From Macrostomum hystrix (Eukaryota > Animalia > Platyhelminthes), in assembly GCA_950097015.1 (NCBI GenBank), contig CATNEN010000037.1, positions 3,782,001-3,846,000 of the forward strand: a DNA stretch of 64,000 nt, read 5' to 3'. The translations under genes and the position numbers were made by a program. This document shows, in pieces, positions 33,645 to 47,376 of the stretch (position 1 is the first letter of the stretch; every line of letters begins with the position of its first letter). The notes under the pieces were generated by a model that had not been told where the DNA came from, did not search any database, and was given only the letters and a program-made list of their open reading frames with translations.

Positions 33645-34190
33645 TCAGCTGTTTCACCTCCCTATCTATCGGGTCTTTCAGTGGGTCAGCTGTTTCACCT
33701 CCCTATCTATCGGGTCTTTCAGTGGGTCAGCTGTTTCACCTCCCTATCTATCGGTTCTTTCAGTGGGTCAGCTGTTTCACCTCCCTATCTATCGGGTCTT
33801 TCAGTGGGTCAGCTGTTTCACCTCCCTATCTATCGGTTCTTTCAGTGGGTCAGCTGTTTCACCTCCCTATCTATCGGTTCTTTCAGTGGGTCAGCTGTTT
33901 CACCTCCCTATCTATCGGTTCTTTCAGTGGGTCAGCTGTTTCACCTCCCTATCTATCGGGTCTTTCAGTGGGTCAGCTGTTTTCACCTCCCTATCTATCG
34001 GGTCTTTCAGTCGGTCAGCTGTTATCACCTCCCAATCTTTCAGGTCTTTCAGTGGGTCAGCTGTTATCACCTCCCTATCTATCGGGTCTTTCAGTGGGTC
34101 AGCTGTTTCACCTCTCTATCTATCGGGTCTTTCAGTCGGTCAGCTGTTATCACCTCCCAATCTTTCAGGTCTTTCAGTGGGTCAGCTTTT
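33645..34190. repeat. 41-bp minisatellite between eIF3f and SARNP
   Basis: (TTTCACCTCCCTATCTATCGGGTCTTTCAGTGGGTCAGCTG)n. Confidence 0.95.
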
Positions 34191-34366
34191 ATTTTATGCT
34201 ATGTTATGATAGTTTCACCTCTCAATCTATCGGGTCTCTGGTCTGGTCGTTAACAATTTTGTGACTATATTTTTATCGTCACATAAATATATTTTTACGA
34301 ATTCGCAAAGTCACTGAAGAATATGATTTGTATTTCAGCAGAAGTACATAGAAATCTCTAGCAATC

Positions 34367-35348
34367 ATGTCCGAGTCAACAGACGTGCCTAGCATCGAGG
34401 ACCTGAACCGCATGAAGATCAAAGAGCTCAAGGAGCAGTGCAAAGCGGCCGAACTGCCAGTCACCGGCTCCAAGAAGGAGCTGGTCGAGAGGCTTCACGA
34501 GCTGCTGGTGAAACGAGCCGAGGACAGCCTGTTGGAGGCCGAAGCTGGCGGCGCAGATGCCCCAGCGGTTGCCAAGGCTCCGCCGACGGTGGCTCCGCTT
34601 CGCTTGAAGCTTTCCGCTCCGGCTGCTACTGCTGCTGCCGCTGCTCCTGGTGCTTCCAGTGGAGCTAAGAAATCTACTGAAGCAGCTGCAACCACCGATG
34701 GAGCCGCTGTCACCGCGACAAAGAAGGTTCGTCTGGCACAGCCGGCATCGGCCGTCACATCATCGACAGAGGCGACAGTTACGCAACCGGCTAAAGCGGC
34801 CGATGCTGCAGCCGCCGCCGCGGTGGCCACACAGGCCAAAAGCTGCTGCGCCAGCATCGGCGAAGCCAACGGAGGCCGAGCTGCTGGCTCTGCGGGCTAA
34901 ACGATTCGGCGGCGAAGGAAGTACCGCGGATGAGATGGAGAAACGCAAGGCTCTTCGAGCTGAACGATTCGGTGGCGTCGGCGCCGGCGGGCCCGTCTCC
35001 GCCGAAGATCTGGAGAAGCGGAAGGCCCTTCGGGCTCAGCGTTTCGGCATCGCTGGTGGCGGCAGCAGCGCCGACAGTCTAGACGAGCGAAAGCGCAAAC
35101 GAGCCGAGCGCTTCGGTCTGGCGGCTGCCTCGGCGACAACACCGGCTGTGTCATCCTCGGCGAATTCCGCCGAGACGGAGCGGCTGCGCATTCGGGCCGA
35201 GCGATTCGGCTTGGCTAAACCGGCAGCCGAGGCGGGCGCCGACTCGGACAGGCTGAAGGCTCGCGCCGAGCGATTCAACTTGCCGCCCACCGACGACGAG
35301 AAGCTGCAGATGCGGGCTGCAAGGTTCAGCCTTAGCAACAAGGCTTAG
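34367..35348 (+). CDS. SARNP: SAP-domain ribonucleoprotein (SARNP/CIP29/Tho1-like), with a +1 frameshift in AAAA at 34838-34841
   Basis: N-terminal SAP domain (LNRMKIKELKEQCKAAELPVTGSKKELVERL), an Ala/Thr/Pro-rich linker, and C-terminal RAxRF repeats. Removing one A joins the two ORFs as ...ATQAKAAAPAS.... Confidence 0.85.
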
Positions 35349-35659
35349 CAACACGTGGCTTGGGCCAGCTTTTGGGCCTGGAAAGAGCCGGAAGGAAGGA
35401 GCAGTGTTTTAAACAGTTGCTTTGTGGCTAGCTTTTTTTAATTGGTTAAAGTGTTCTGTTTAAAAAATGCCGTTTTTTAATATTGCTGCACATAAAAACC
35501 AAAAAATCATTGACAGACAACTCCTTGTACATCAGTGTTTAAATACCGCCACTTCATTCCTTACTTTTTATAGCTTAGTTTTATTTTTCAAGACGCAATT
35601 CTTGTAGTCTACGCTACGATTGACCAGCTGTTAGCGGCTGTAAACAGATTAGGCTGCTG

Positions 35660-36150
35660 TCCTTAAACATCAAAGGGAGCGGCACTAAACCAATTGAGGT
35701 GCGGTCCTTAAAGATCAAATGGAGCGGCACTAAACCAATTGAGGTGCGGTCCTTAAAGATCAAAGGGAGCGGCACTAAACCAATTGAGGTGCGGTCCTTA
35801 AAGATCAAATGGAGCGGCACTAAACCAGTTGAGGTGCGGTCCTTAAAGATCAAAGGGAGCGGCACTAAACCAATTGAGGTGCGGTCCTTAAAGATCAAAG
35901 GGAGCGGCACTAAACCAATTGAGGTGCGGTCCTTAAAGATCAAAGGGAGCGGCACTAAACCAATTGAGGTGCGGTCCTTAAAGATCAAAGGGAGCGGCAC
36001 TAAACCAGTTGAGGTGCGGTCCTTAAAGATCAAATGGAGCGGCACTAAACCAATTGAGGTGCGGTCCTTAAAGATCAAATGGTGCGGCACTAAACCAATT
36101 GAGGTGCGTTCCTTAAAGATCAAAGGGAGCGGCACTAAACTAATTGAGGT
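35660..36150. repeat. 45-bp minisatellite
   Basis: (GTCCTTAAAGATCAAAGGGAGCGGCACTAAACCAATTGAGGTGCG) about 11 copies. Confidence 0.95.
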
Positions 36151-36689
36151 GCAACCCCAAAGCATTAGATTAAAAATGAAGCGGCCCAAGTGAACTTCAG
36201 AAATTTGTTGGCTCCAGTTTGAATTTAATTTGCTGGTTAGAGTACTTTTCTCAATAACCTGTGTAACAAGTTTGTCTTTAGCTCAAAATTAGAACTACAA
36301 TTAATAAAATTGTGTTAGTTTTTTCAGTCTTTTGTGTTGACACCTGTGCTTTTAACCTGCTTTAGTGTACATTTCATTGTCTCATTTTCTTAATAATTAG
36401 ACACGCTTTTGTATCAGCAATTATCAACTCTCCTTGTCTGCCGGTGTTAATACATACCGCCACTCATATCACGTGCTACATGCAAAATAAACTTGCAAAA
36501 TTGTTGCTGCAATCAGCAAAAAGTACAGTTACCAAGCTCGTTTTAGCTGTTGCTACAACAGCAGAAGCACAAAGTGGACCCATTTGCGAGTTTCAACTTC
36601 AGCTGCCTGTCATCGGGAGTTTTACCTATTTTACTGTCATGTCATTAGTAAACAAATGTTATCTTATAAGTATAAGTTATAAGTAAACA

Positions 36690-38425
36690 TCTGCCATGTC
36701 AGGGGTGAGAGTCAACTGTCATGACAGGGATGAGAGTCAACTGTCATGACAGGGATGAGAGTCAACTGCCATATCAGGGATGAGAGTCAACTGTCATGTC
36801 AGGGATGAGAGTCAACTGCCATATCAGGGATGAGAGTCAACTGCCATATCAGGGATGAGAGTCAACTGCCATATCAGGGATGAGAGTCAACTGTCATGAC
36901 GGATGAGAGTCATCTGCCATATCAGGGATGAGAGTCAACTGCCATGTCAGGGGTGAGAGTCAACTGTCATGACAGGGATGAGAGTCAACTGCCATATCAG
37001 GGATGAGAGTCGACTGCCATGTCAGGGGTGAGAGTCAACTGTCATGACAGGGATGAGAGTCAACTGCCATATCAGGGATGAGAGTCAACTGTCATATCAG
37101 GGATGAGAGTCAAATGTCATGTCAGGGATGAGAGTCAACTGCCATGTCAGGGGTGAGAGTCAACTGTCATCAGGGATGAGAGTCAACTGTCATGACAGGG
37201 ATGAGAGTCAACTGCCATGTCAGGGGTGAGAGTCAACTGTCATCAGGGATGAGAGTCAAGTGTCATATCAGGGATGAGAGTCAACTGTCATGACAGGGAT
37301 GAGAGTCAAGTGTCATATCAGGGATGAGAGTCAACTGTCATGACAGGGATGAGAGTCAAGTGTCATATCAGGGATGAGAGTCAACTGTCATCAGGGATGA
37401 GAGTCAAGTGTCATATCAGGGATGAGAGTCAACTGTCACATCAGGGATGAGAGTCAACTGTCATATCAGGGGTGAGAGTCAACTGTCATATCAGGGGTGA
37501 GAGTCAACTGTCATGACAGGGATGAGAGTCAACTGTCATGTCGGGGATGATAGTCAACTGTCATGTCAGGGATGAGAGTCAACTGTCATGTCGGGGGTGA
37601 TAGTCAACTGTCATGTCAGGGATGAGAGTCAACTGTCATGTCAGGGATGAGAGTCAACTGTCATGTCGGGGGTGAGAGTCAACTGTCATGTCAGGGATGA
37701 GAGTCAACTGTCATGTCAGGGATGAGTGTCAACTATCATGTCAGGAATGAGAGTCAACTGTCATGTCGGGGGTGATAGTCAACTGTCATGTCAGGGATGA
37801 GTGTCAACTGTCATATTGGGGGTGAGAGTCAACTGTCATATCAGTGGTGCGAGCCAACAACCCTTATTGTCAGGGGTGAGAGTCAATTCTCATATCAGGG
37901 TTGAGAGTCAACTGTCATCAGGGTTGAGAGTCAACTGTCATATTGGGGGTGAGAGTCAACTGTCATATCAGGGGTGAGAGTCAACTGTCATATCAGGGGT
38001 GAGAGTCAACTGTCATGTCAGGGATGAGTGTCAACTGTCATGTCAGGGATGAGTGTCAACTGTCATGTCAGGGATGAGTGTCAACTGTCATGTCGGGGGT
38101 GAGAGTCAACTGTCATGTCAGGGATGAGTGTCAACTGTCATATTGGGGGTGCGAGCCAACAACCCTTATTGTCAGGGGTGAGAGTCAATTCTCATATCAG
38201 GGATGAGTGTCAACTGTCATATTGGGGGTGAGAGTCAACTGTCATATTGGGGGTGAGAGTCAACTGTCATGTCGGGGGTGATAGTCAACTGTCATGTCAG
38301 GGATGAGTGTCAACAGTCATATTGGGGGTGAGAGTCAACTGTCATATCAGTGGTGCGAGCCAACAACCCTTATTGTCAGGGGTGAGAGTCAATTCTCATA
38401 TCAGGGGTGAGAGTCAAGTGTCATG
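36690..38425. repeat. 25-bp minisatellite (TCAACTGTCATGTCAGGGATGAGAG)n with variant units
   Basis: Direct periodicity, about 68 units. Confidence 0.96.
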
Positions 38426-39277
38426 TCTGAGGAGAGAGTCTGCAGCGAAGTCGCAGTCTACAAAGTGATAAAAAGGCAAGATAAATATATTTAATAAAAA
38501 CACTGCAATAACGCATTTTCAAATTCAAGTTTTGATGCAGAATCACTGCTTTCTTATGTAGCCATATTTAAAAGCAACATAATTTTTTAAGACACTCTAT
38601 TTCTACTTAAAGTAGAGATTGGTGGATATGTAATATTCGTTCTCTTCCCTTTCCTTGATATTATTCCGCTTGGTGGATAGGCATGAAACCAAATTGGGTC
38701 TTGGTTGGAAAGTCTTTTAGTTTGTACCTGTGGTAACTAAAGTTTTTTTAGTTGTAACTAATAAGAATTTTTTATAACCCGTAGCCGTAGTTTTCAAGTT
38801 TGGGTAAAACAGAAAACCGTTTCACGGGTCCTGTTTCCCACGAGTTGGGCGTAGCTCTTGGACTCTTGCGCATTATTGTATGATATGATTTTAGACACGC
38901 ACCCGTGTCTAAAAGCACACAATGAAACATACAAAACACATTTTAAGCATTAAAAAAAAATAACTAGTTATTTTAGTAATATGTGAAAGCATCTTACCCT
39001 TCGTTAACATTGCTTAGGCCGTCTGTCGGCTGTTGTCCTTTGGTACACAGGACATTGTCCTCCTGTTGTCGCCCTTTAAATAATTCATCTACTCTACTAT
39101 TGAGTAGAAGAGTAAGAACATGACGTTTTTTATTAAAAAAAGGAAACTAAACTGATTAAAGCCTTATAAGCTGCGGTCCAATAGCAGCTGGCGTAATAAA
39201 TTATGCTAATGAATTCGAGCAGTATATAATTCCCCTTTCGGGCTTACATCGGCATACCACTTAGCAATTCCTACTGA

Positions 39278-39727
<450 letters not shown>

Positions 39728-39827
39728 ATCGTCACATCGATCTGAGATGCCAGTTTGATGCTTTCCGATGTACATCGGGAGCCTTTTGATCGCAGCCTAG
39801 TAGGTTGAGATTAATGAACGATAAAAC

Positions 39828-39843
39828 GGCCCTTTTCAGGGCC
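39828..39843 (+). terminator. Histone mRNA 3' stem-loop (H3)
   Basis: AAAAC-GGCCCTTTTCAGGGCC-ACCA, the canonical SLBP-binding hairpin. Confidence 0.95.
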
Positions 39844-40691
39844 ACCACATTTAATGAAGTCTTTCAAGTCTGTTAGTGTCTAATTAGTCTAATAGTGTCT
39901 TGAATGTTCGAAATTCAGCCTATTAAATATATTATATTTAGAGTAACGTTTGCGTTTATCCTATGTATAGTATCTGCATAATGTAACGTTCTTACATAAT
40001 TTTATGGGCTATATATTTACCTGTTCGATGCTTTTAAACACATACAATTAAGTAAGTAGAACGTGCTAATTTTAAGCTGTTTATAATACTCGGTTTAAGC
40101 GCAAGACAAACAAATAATAAGGTAAAAAGTAAAAAACGATACGATACGCTTTTATATATACCTACTTTAACTGCTGTCCAAATGACTTACGAAGGCTAGT
40201 ACGTATTGCTTATTGGTAGCTGGAGGAGTTGCTAATCCTCACTTTAATAGACAAAACTAAAACTAATACACTAAGATCAGTTATCAAACACGGAACCTGC
40301 AGAGTGGCAGAACTATGACGATCCTCATTAAAGCTAAATCTGACGACTAACGTACTTAAACATTTAAACGAGACAAGAAGACCGATTGCCCTTCCATAAG
40401 GAATGGATTCACTGAGCTGCTAAAAATAAGTAAAACGTGAAACGATAAATTAGTATAAATTGACTACAAAATTCGAAAGTCTTACTTCAAATTCTCTGGC
40501 TGGCTGACCGGGCAGATGATATCAATGGCTTAATTATATGAGTTATCTGCCAGTTGGCATGCCACTTCCATTAACCCATTTAGGTTTCAGCAGCGGAGAA
40601 TGGTTCAGCAGTAACCACTGGCAACAAGGGGCTAGAACTCCACAGCAGTATTCTTTTCCTCGTACTTGTTTATTGACTATTGGTTAATTTT

Positions 40692-40970
40692 GTAGCCTAG
40701 TGTAGAGCGTCGGACTCACAACTTGAAGGTCGGGTGTTCAAATCCCGACTCCACTAAAACAACTGAAACAAAACGTGCCCTTTAGCAATTAGACTCAAAT
40801 GGGCATTTCTTCAGTTCACCCAACGTTTAAATGGGTACCAGCATTGAGGGAGGTGTGGAGTCTTCCCAGTCCATGGACTGAACGCAGCATTCAGATGCGC
40901 CGCGCAACCTAGCTGCGGCTGTGGCTGTCAGCACGATCTGGCCCGATTGGGGCAGGTGTAATAGACGATT
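40692..40970 (+). mobile_element. tRNA-derived SINE, family B, copy 2
   Basis: A-box TAGCCTAGTG and B-box GTTCAAATCC. The body has TTTAAATGGGTACCAGCAT and TAGCTGCGGCTG shared with 27958-28165. Confidence 0.65.
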
Positions 40971-41480
40971 ACTATTTTTTCACAATCTTGATTGTTGTTT
41001 TCGTTTAGAACTGCCATGCCTAAACGCAACTGGACTGGAGTGATCCATTTTTCCAACGAATACAATCTAATGTAGTCTTCTCAAGAATATAACATTACAT
41101 GCTGTGGAATCTTATCCGTACATGGTGTGCATTTTATTTTTATCTTCCTGTGTATATATCAATTCGTCTCCCAAGTTAACTTAAGTTCTCAGCACTCTAA
41201 GTCAAGGATCTGGATATTAGATGGCTAGGGGGAATGAATGATTAGTCTGAATATGGGAGAAAAAAAATTATAATTTTAATTATCTTCACTTTGCTTATCA
41301 CGTGCTTATCTTCACTATGATGGCTACTATTAGTAGAATTAACTGGACACTTAGGATCAAAAAAGTTTAGAATGAAGATAATTGCCCCAGCCAATCAGAT
41401 AGCTGCTGTTGCTAAGAGTCGTTGCTATAATAATTTATGTCCAAAAAAATCTATATATACCTCCATATCCTCCGACCTAA

Positions 41481-41921
<441 letters not shown>

Positions 41922-42008
41922 GTCACGGCCACCTGCCCGGCTTTAAACCAGACAGTGCATTTATAATTTAGCCCACGCAACTGTGGGGCATTATTTGAAC
42001 GCTAAAAC

Positions 42009-42024
42009 GGCCCTTTTCAGGGCC
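42009..42024 (+). terminator. Histone mRNA 3' stem-loop (H2A)
   Basis: GGCCCTTTTCAGGGCC, in a 26-nt block identical to the H3 copy. Confidence 0.95.
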
Positions 42025-42811
42025 ACCAAACAAACCTGATGTCTTATTATCGTCTGATTTCTATTGTTTACTACAATCTCGTTTAAGTAATACTTGTTAT
42101 CATATTTAAAAGGTTACTGAAGACACAGCAGCTTTGTATGCAAAAGAAACGTGTAGTTATATACTTCAAGGTTCTAGAACTGTTCTTCAAATTTTGACAG
42201 GCTGGATTTAGTGATTTGGCAATATCTGCCATGAATCATGACACATTAGACTTTGTGAAACTTGTTTTACGCTCGTACAAAGTCCGCCAGCTCAAACATT
42301 TGACGCGCTGATTGCCAAAACTGTTCTCTGTAAAGAACCGATACTATACGATAAATTAGTGATTAGACCACAGCTTCCTGGTTTCCAGTGCACAATGCAC
42401 TAATTAGACAAATTAAAGTCGAACCGGCCAAAATCAATTTGTGAGAGTCAAGTGTCAAGCAACAAATTGGATTTCCAATAAATTTGGAAAGCAATAAATT
42501 TCTGCAAAAGTCCATTTCATTGATTTTATGAAAAGCATTTCTTCGACGAAAATTAAAATATGTCGGAGCATACTATTTTTATTTGGCAGACGGTGAATTA
42601 AAATATAAAATGTAGGTAATTAAAATAATTTAGAAACTCAAAGTACATAATTGCATGCACGGACAGAATGTTAGACCCGAAATCCGACGATTCTAGGTAT
42701 TATCTATGAAGCTGGGCTGACGAGTCAATTTTAGACAGCTAAAAGGATCTGTCAGTTGACCTGGCACCATTACATTCAGGCAACAAAGAATAGCTTCATC
42801 GCTCTACTTAG

Positions 42812-45800
42812 CTACATTTTCTTCAGTCGATTCAGCAACTCGCGAGCCCCGGAGGGCGACATAAACTTTGCCCGCTGAGTCGGCCGACTGCGCGATGTTG
42901 CTGTCGAGCCATCCGGCGACGCTGATGCTGCTGAATCATTTCTTGCTCTCTCCTGCACCTTTTTATGAACGTTGCACTTCTTGTCTCGCTTTTTTGGCAT
43001 TCTGTTGTTGCGGCTTGTTCTAGTTCTTGCGCAGCTTCGACTACTGCTGCTGCTGTTGCTACAAACACATTCAATGGAAGATTTACAAATTTCTGGCGTT
43101 CTTAAACGGCCGAGTCGAGAGGACCAATCAGGTTGCTGCTCTGCAGGTTTCAGTTGGTTTTGATTGCTGCAGCTGCTGCACTGGGTTAAATGCTCGGAAG
43201 ATCCAGCAGGCTCTTGTTGTTTGGGTGGGACCATCTGTAGCTCGACGCCATCCATTTCCACCGAATCCTGACCGCTGAAACCAGGCGGCTCCTCCAAACT
43301 CGCCTCCCAAGTCTCCTCTGGCTGCAGCCTCTTCTGCCGCAATTTCTTTGTCTGCCTTGTCGCTTTGTCTGGTGTGCACTCCGACTGCACCCGGATATGC
43401 GGCGAGGCTGAGCAGCTACTGCGAGCGTCCGGGAGGTGGGGTGGGCTGCGAAACGGGCAATCCTTGTTGTGATTTATAGCTGGACTTCCACAACAGCCCT
43501 GAGCCACTGCAGTTGCCGATGGTTCTGTTCCGTCGGCTAATTCTAGTTGTTCATTGGTCTGTGAAATTTGGTAGCCATTCCTACAGAAAAAGCCCGTCTT
43601 GCCAAGAATTAGTGCCAGCTGCGCGTTGAAAATCACAGGCTCGGTCGTCGACGAGCTCTGATTGATTGTGTTACTAGAAAAATCTGGATTATTAGAGTCG
43701 CAGCCGTAATCGTAGATTTCTGCGGAACCAGAACCAGTCGGAGTGCTGACATCCTTGATGTCGACTGACCTACTGGCAAGTTGGCAAGACGTGGCTGCAA
43801 CTACTGGGACCATGCAATTGACATTTGAATCTGCGGGTCAGTGTGCAAGCAGCTGTCAGACTGATTGTCTAAACTGCAACGATCGACATATCCAAAACTA
43901 ACTGCAGCTTCTTTCTGCTGTCTTCTCCCTTCCTCCTATCACCCAATCTGTCATCTCCCTTCCTCCTATCACCCAATCTGTCATCTCCCTTCCTCCTATC
44001 ACCCAATCTGTCTTCTCCCTTCCTCCTATCACCCAATCTGTCATCTCCCTTCCTCCTATCACCCAATCTGTCATCTCCCTTCCACCTATCACCCAATCTG
44101 TCATCTCCCTTCCTCCTATCACCCAATCTGTCATCTCCCTTCCTCCTATCACCCAATCTGTCTTCTCCCTTCCTCCTATCACCCAATCTGTCTTCTCCCT
44201 TCCTCCTATCACCCAATCTGTCTTCTCCCTTCCTCCTATCACCCAATCTGTCTTCTCCCTTCCTCCTATCACCCAATCTGTCTTCTCCCTTCCTCCTATC
44301 ACCCAATCTGTCTTCTCCCTTCCTCCTATCACCCAATCTGTCTTCAGCACCCTTCCCCCTATCACCCAATCTGTCATCTCCCTTCCTCCTATCACCCAAT
44401 CTGTCTTCTCCCTTCCTCCTATCACCCAATCTGTCATCTCCCTTCCTCCTATCACCCAATCTGTCATCTCCCTTCCCCCCATTCACCCAGTCCATCCTGT
44501 CTTCTGTCTCTTCTCTTTTCTGTCTTCTCCCTTCCTCCTATCACCCAATCTGTCATCTCCCTTCCTCCTATCACCCAATCTGTCATCTCCCTTCCTCCTA
44601 TCACCCAATCTGTCTTCTCCCTTCCTCCTATCACCCAGTCTGTCATCTCCCTTCCTCCTATCACCCAATCTGTCATCTCCCTTCCTCCTATCACCCAATC
44701 TGTCTTCTCCCTTCCTCCTATCACCCAGTCTGTCATCTCCCTTCCTCCTATCACCCAATCTGTCATCTCCCTTCCTCCTATCACCCAATCTGTCTTCTCC
44801 CTTCCTCCTATCACCCAGTCTGTCATCTCCCTTCCTCCTATCACCCAATCTGTCATCTCCCTTCCCCCCATTCACCCAGTCCATCCTGTCTTCTGTCTCT
44901 TCTCTTTTCTGTCTTCTCCCTTCCTCCTATCACCCAATCTGTCATCTCCCTTCCTCCTATCACCCAATCTGTCTTCTCCCTTCCTCCTATCACCCAATCT
45001 GTCTTCTCCCTTCCTCCTATCACCCAATCTGTCATCTCCCTTCCTCCTATCACCCAGTCTGTCATCTCCCTTCCTCCTATCACCCAATCTGTCTTCTCCC
45101 TTCCTCCTATCACCCAGTCTGTCATCTCCCTTCCTCCTATCACCCAATCTGTCTTCTCCCTTCCTCCTATCACCCAATCTGTCTTCTCCCTTCCTCCTAT
45201 CACCCAATCTGTCATCTCCCTTCCTCCTATCACCCAATCTGTCTTCTCCCTTCCTCCTATCACCCAGTCTGTCATCTCCCTTCCTCCTATCACCCAATCT
45301 GTCTTCTCCCTTCCTCCTATCACCCAGTCTGTCATCTCCCTTCCTAATATCACCCAATCTGTCATCTCCCTTCCCCCCATTCACCCAGTCCATCCTGTCT
45401 TCTGTCTCTTCTCTTTTCTGTCTTCTTTTTCCTGTCTTCTCAGTCTTCCCTTTTCTTTTCTTATCCTTCCTCTCATCCCCACCCTGTCCTATGTCTCTTG
45501 TTTTCTCCGTCATGGTCTTCTGTCGCCCAATCAGTCTTCTCCATTCTCATTTTTCTTATCCTTATTCCTCAGCAACACGGCAGGGATATAGCCGGCTTAC
45601 ACATTTGGCTCATCTGGCTGTAACTCAACGGCTGAGGTGCGTCGCATTCAGAGAATTCCGACCGCTGAGGTCGGCTATTTAAACTTTTTTTCTTTCGACG
45701 CAGATGTCGGGTGCGTGGAAAATAATAGGATTTTATGGAGTCCTGTGAGATAGCGTCCGTGGCAACAGTGCGCGCATCCTCTATAAAATATGCAGAAAAA

Positions 45801-46992
45801 TGTAGGTTCGAGACAGTAAATTGCTGATTAATTTACCTTGCTTCTATATATGAACCGATTAGGTGCCAAGGGGACAGGTGAGTTGGGAGAAAACATATTG
45901 AGGGACTGGGGACAGGTGAAAGAAGACAGTTTGAGTGTCTGGGGACAGCAGGGAGAGACAGTTTGAGTGTCTGGGGACAGCAGGGAGAGACAGTTTGAGT
46001 GTCTGGGGACAGCAGGGAGAGTCAGTTTGAGTGTCTGGGGACAGCAGGGAGAGACAGTTTGAGTGTCTGGGGACAGCAGGGAGAGACAGATTGGGTGACT
46101 GGGGACAGCAGGGAGAGACAGTTTGAGTGGCAAGGGACAGCAGGGAGAGACAGATTGAGTGACTGGGGACAGCAGGGAGAGACAGATTGGGTGACTGGGG
46201 ACAGCAGGCAGAGACAGATTCAGTGACTGGGGACAGCAGGGAGAGACAGATTCAGTGACTGGGGACAGCAGGGAGAGACAGATTGGGTGACTGGGGACAG
46301 CAGGGAGAGACAGATTCAGTGACTGGGGACAGCAGGGAGAGACAGATTCAGTGTCTGGTGACAGCAGGGAGAGACAGATTCAGTGACTGGGGACAGCAGG
46401 GAGAGACAGATTGAGTGACTGGGGACAGCAGGGAGAGACAGATTGAGTGACTGGGGACAGCAGGGAGAGACAGATTGAGTGGCAAGGGACAGCAGGGAGA
46501 GACAGATTGGGTGACTGGGGACAGCAGGGAGAGACAGATTCAGTGACTGGGGACAGCAGGGAGAGACAGATTCAGTGACTGGGGACAGCAGGGAGAGACA
46601 GATTGAGTGACTGGGGACAGCAGGGAGAGACAGTTTGAGTGTCTGGGGACAGGTAATTGGAGAATAAAGATTTCGTCACAAGACACAGAAAGAAATGCAC
46701 AAAGGCCTAAGTAGTCTATTCTCTCACCTGAATACTGGCAGTATCCTTGGTTCCTATCATGATAGGAAGGCAGAGCCTGGTGCTGGTGGATAATTTTCCA
46801 ATTAGCTACAGGCGCACATTCAGCTGGCAAATGCCAGGGCCTAACCGGTAGGCTGACCACTTCGGACCTCCGGGAACTGTAGCTGCATCGGCGATCACAG
46901 TGCACCGCTGGCTGCTGACTACTTTGCTGTGCCTGAGATCTGTTATATTTCGAGCCATTTTTCAGTGCTTGCAGCAGACAATGGCTGCTCAT
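42812..46992 (-). CDS. Uncharacterised, largely disordered protein, 4 putative exons
   Basis: Putative exons 46992-46728, 45843-45837 (7 nt), 45674-45601 and 43830-42812. All have GT-AG boundaries with compatible phases (1, 2, 1). The last exon is a 333-aa ORF ending ...RAKFMSPSGARELLNRLKKM. No family recognised. Confidence 0.55.
43915..45420. repeat. 30-bp pyrimidine-rich minisatellite with higher-order blocks
   Basis: (CTGTCWTCTCCCTTCCTCCTATCACCCAAT)n. The spacer CCCCATTCACCCAGTCCATCCTGTCTTCTGTCTCTTCTC recurs at about 44476, 44865 and 45373. Confidence 0.96.
45905..46652. repeat. 32-bp purine-rich minisatellite
   Basis: (CTGGGGACAGCAGGGAGAGACAGWTTSAGTGW)n. Confidence 0.95.
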
Positions 46993-47316
46993 GACTCCGC
47001 TATTTAGGTCTTTAAGATAAAAAACCGGACTTTAATGTGTTGCAATTAATATAAGGTGTTGTTGATACTATGAAAATTAGTCTAGTCTTCTATAACTTTT
47101 ACAGGACTCTTGCAGCCCTAATGCTGCTTTACTTTATGTTTCTGTCCAACGATGCGCGCTGGCTTCTGTTTCAGTCCGTGCTCGAAAATGTCTAAAAGTA
47201 CTCAGTATTCAGCTCCGCACCGAATTGTCTATGGTCAAGGCTATATATAAATGCGAATTCGTAGGTCAAGCTTTCTAAATGTCGGAATTGTTATATTAGG
47301 AATTACTTCTCGAAAC

Positions 47317-47376
47317 CACAGATACTAGAATAACTCGATAGTTCGGATATTATATATAGTTATTCTAGTATCTGTG
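47317..47376. repeat. Perfect 19-bp inverted repeat with a 22-nt loop
   Basis: CACAGATACTAGAATAACT (47317-47335) / AGTTATTCTAGTATCTGTG (47358-47376). Confidence 0.9.

Noticed and set aside
45703-45724. Plus-strand acceptor followed by ATGTCGGGTGCGTGGAAATAA (MSGAWK*)
   Set aside because: All three frames close quickly and no partner exon was found. The T-run is probably incidental.
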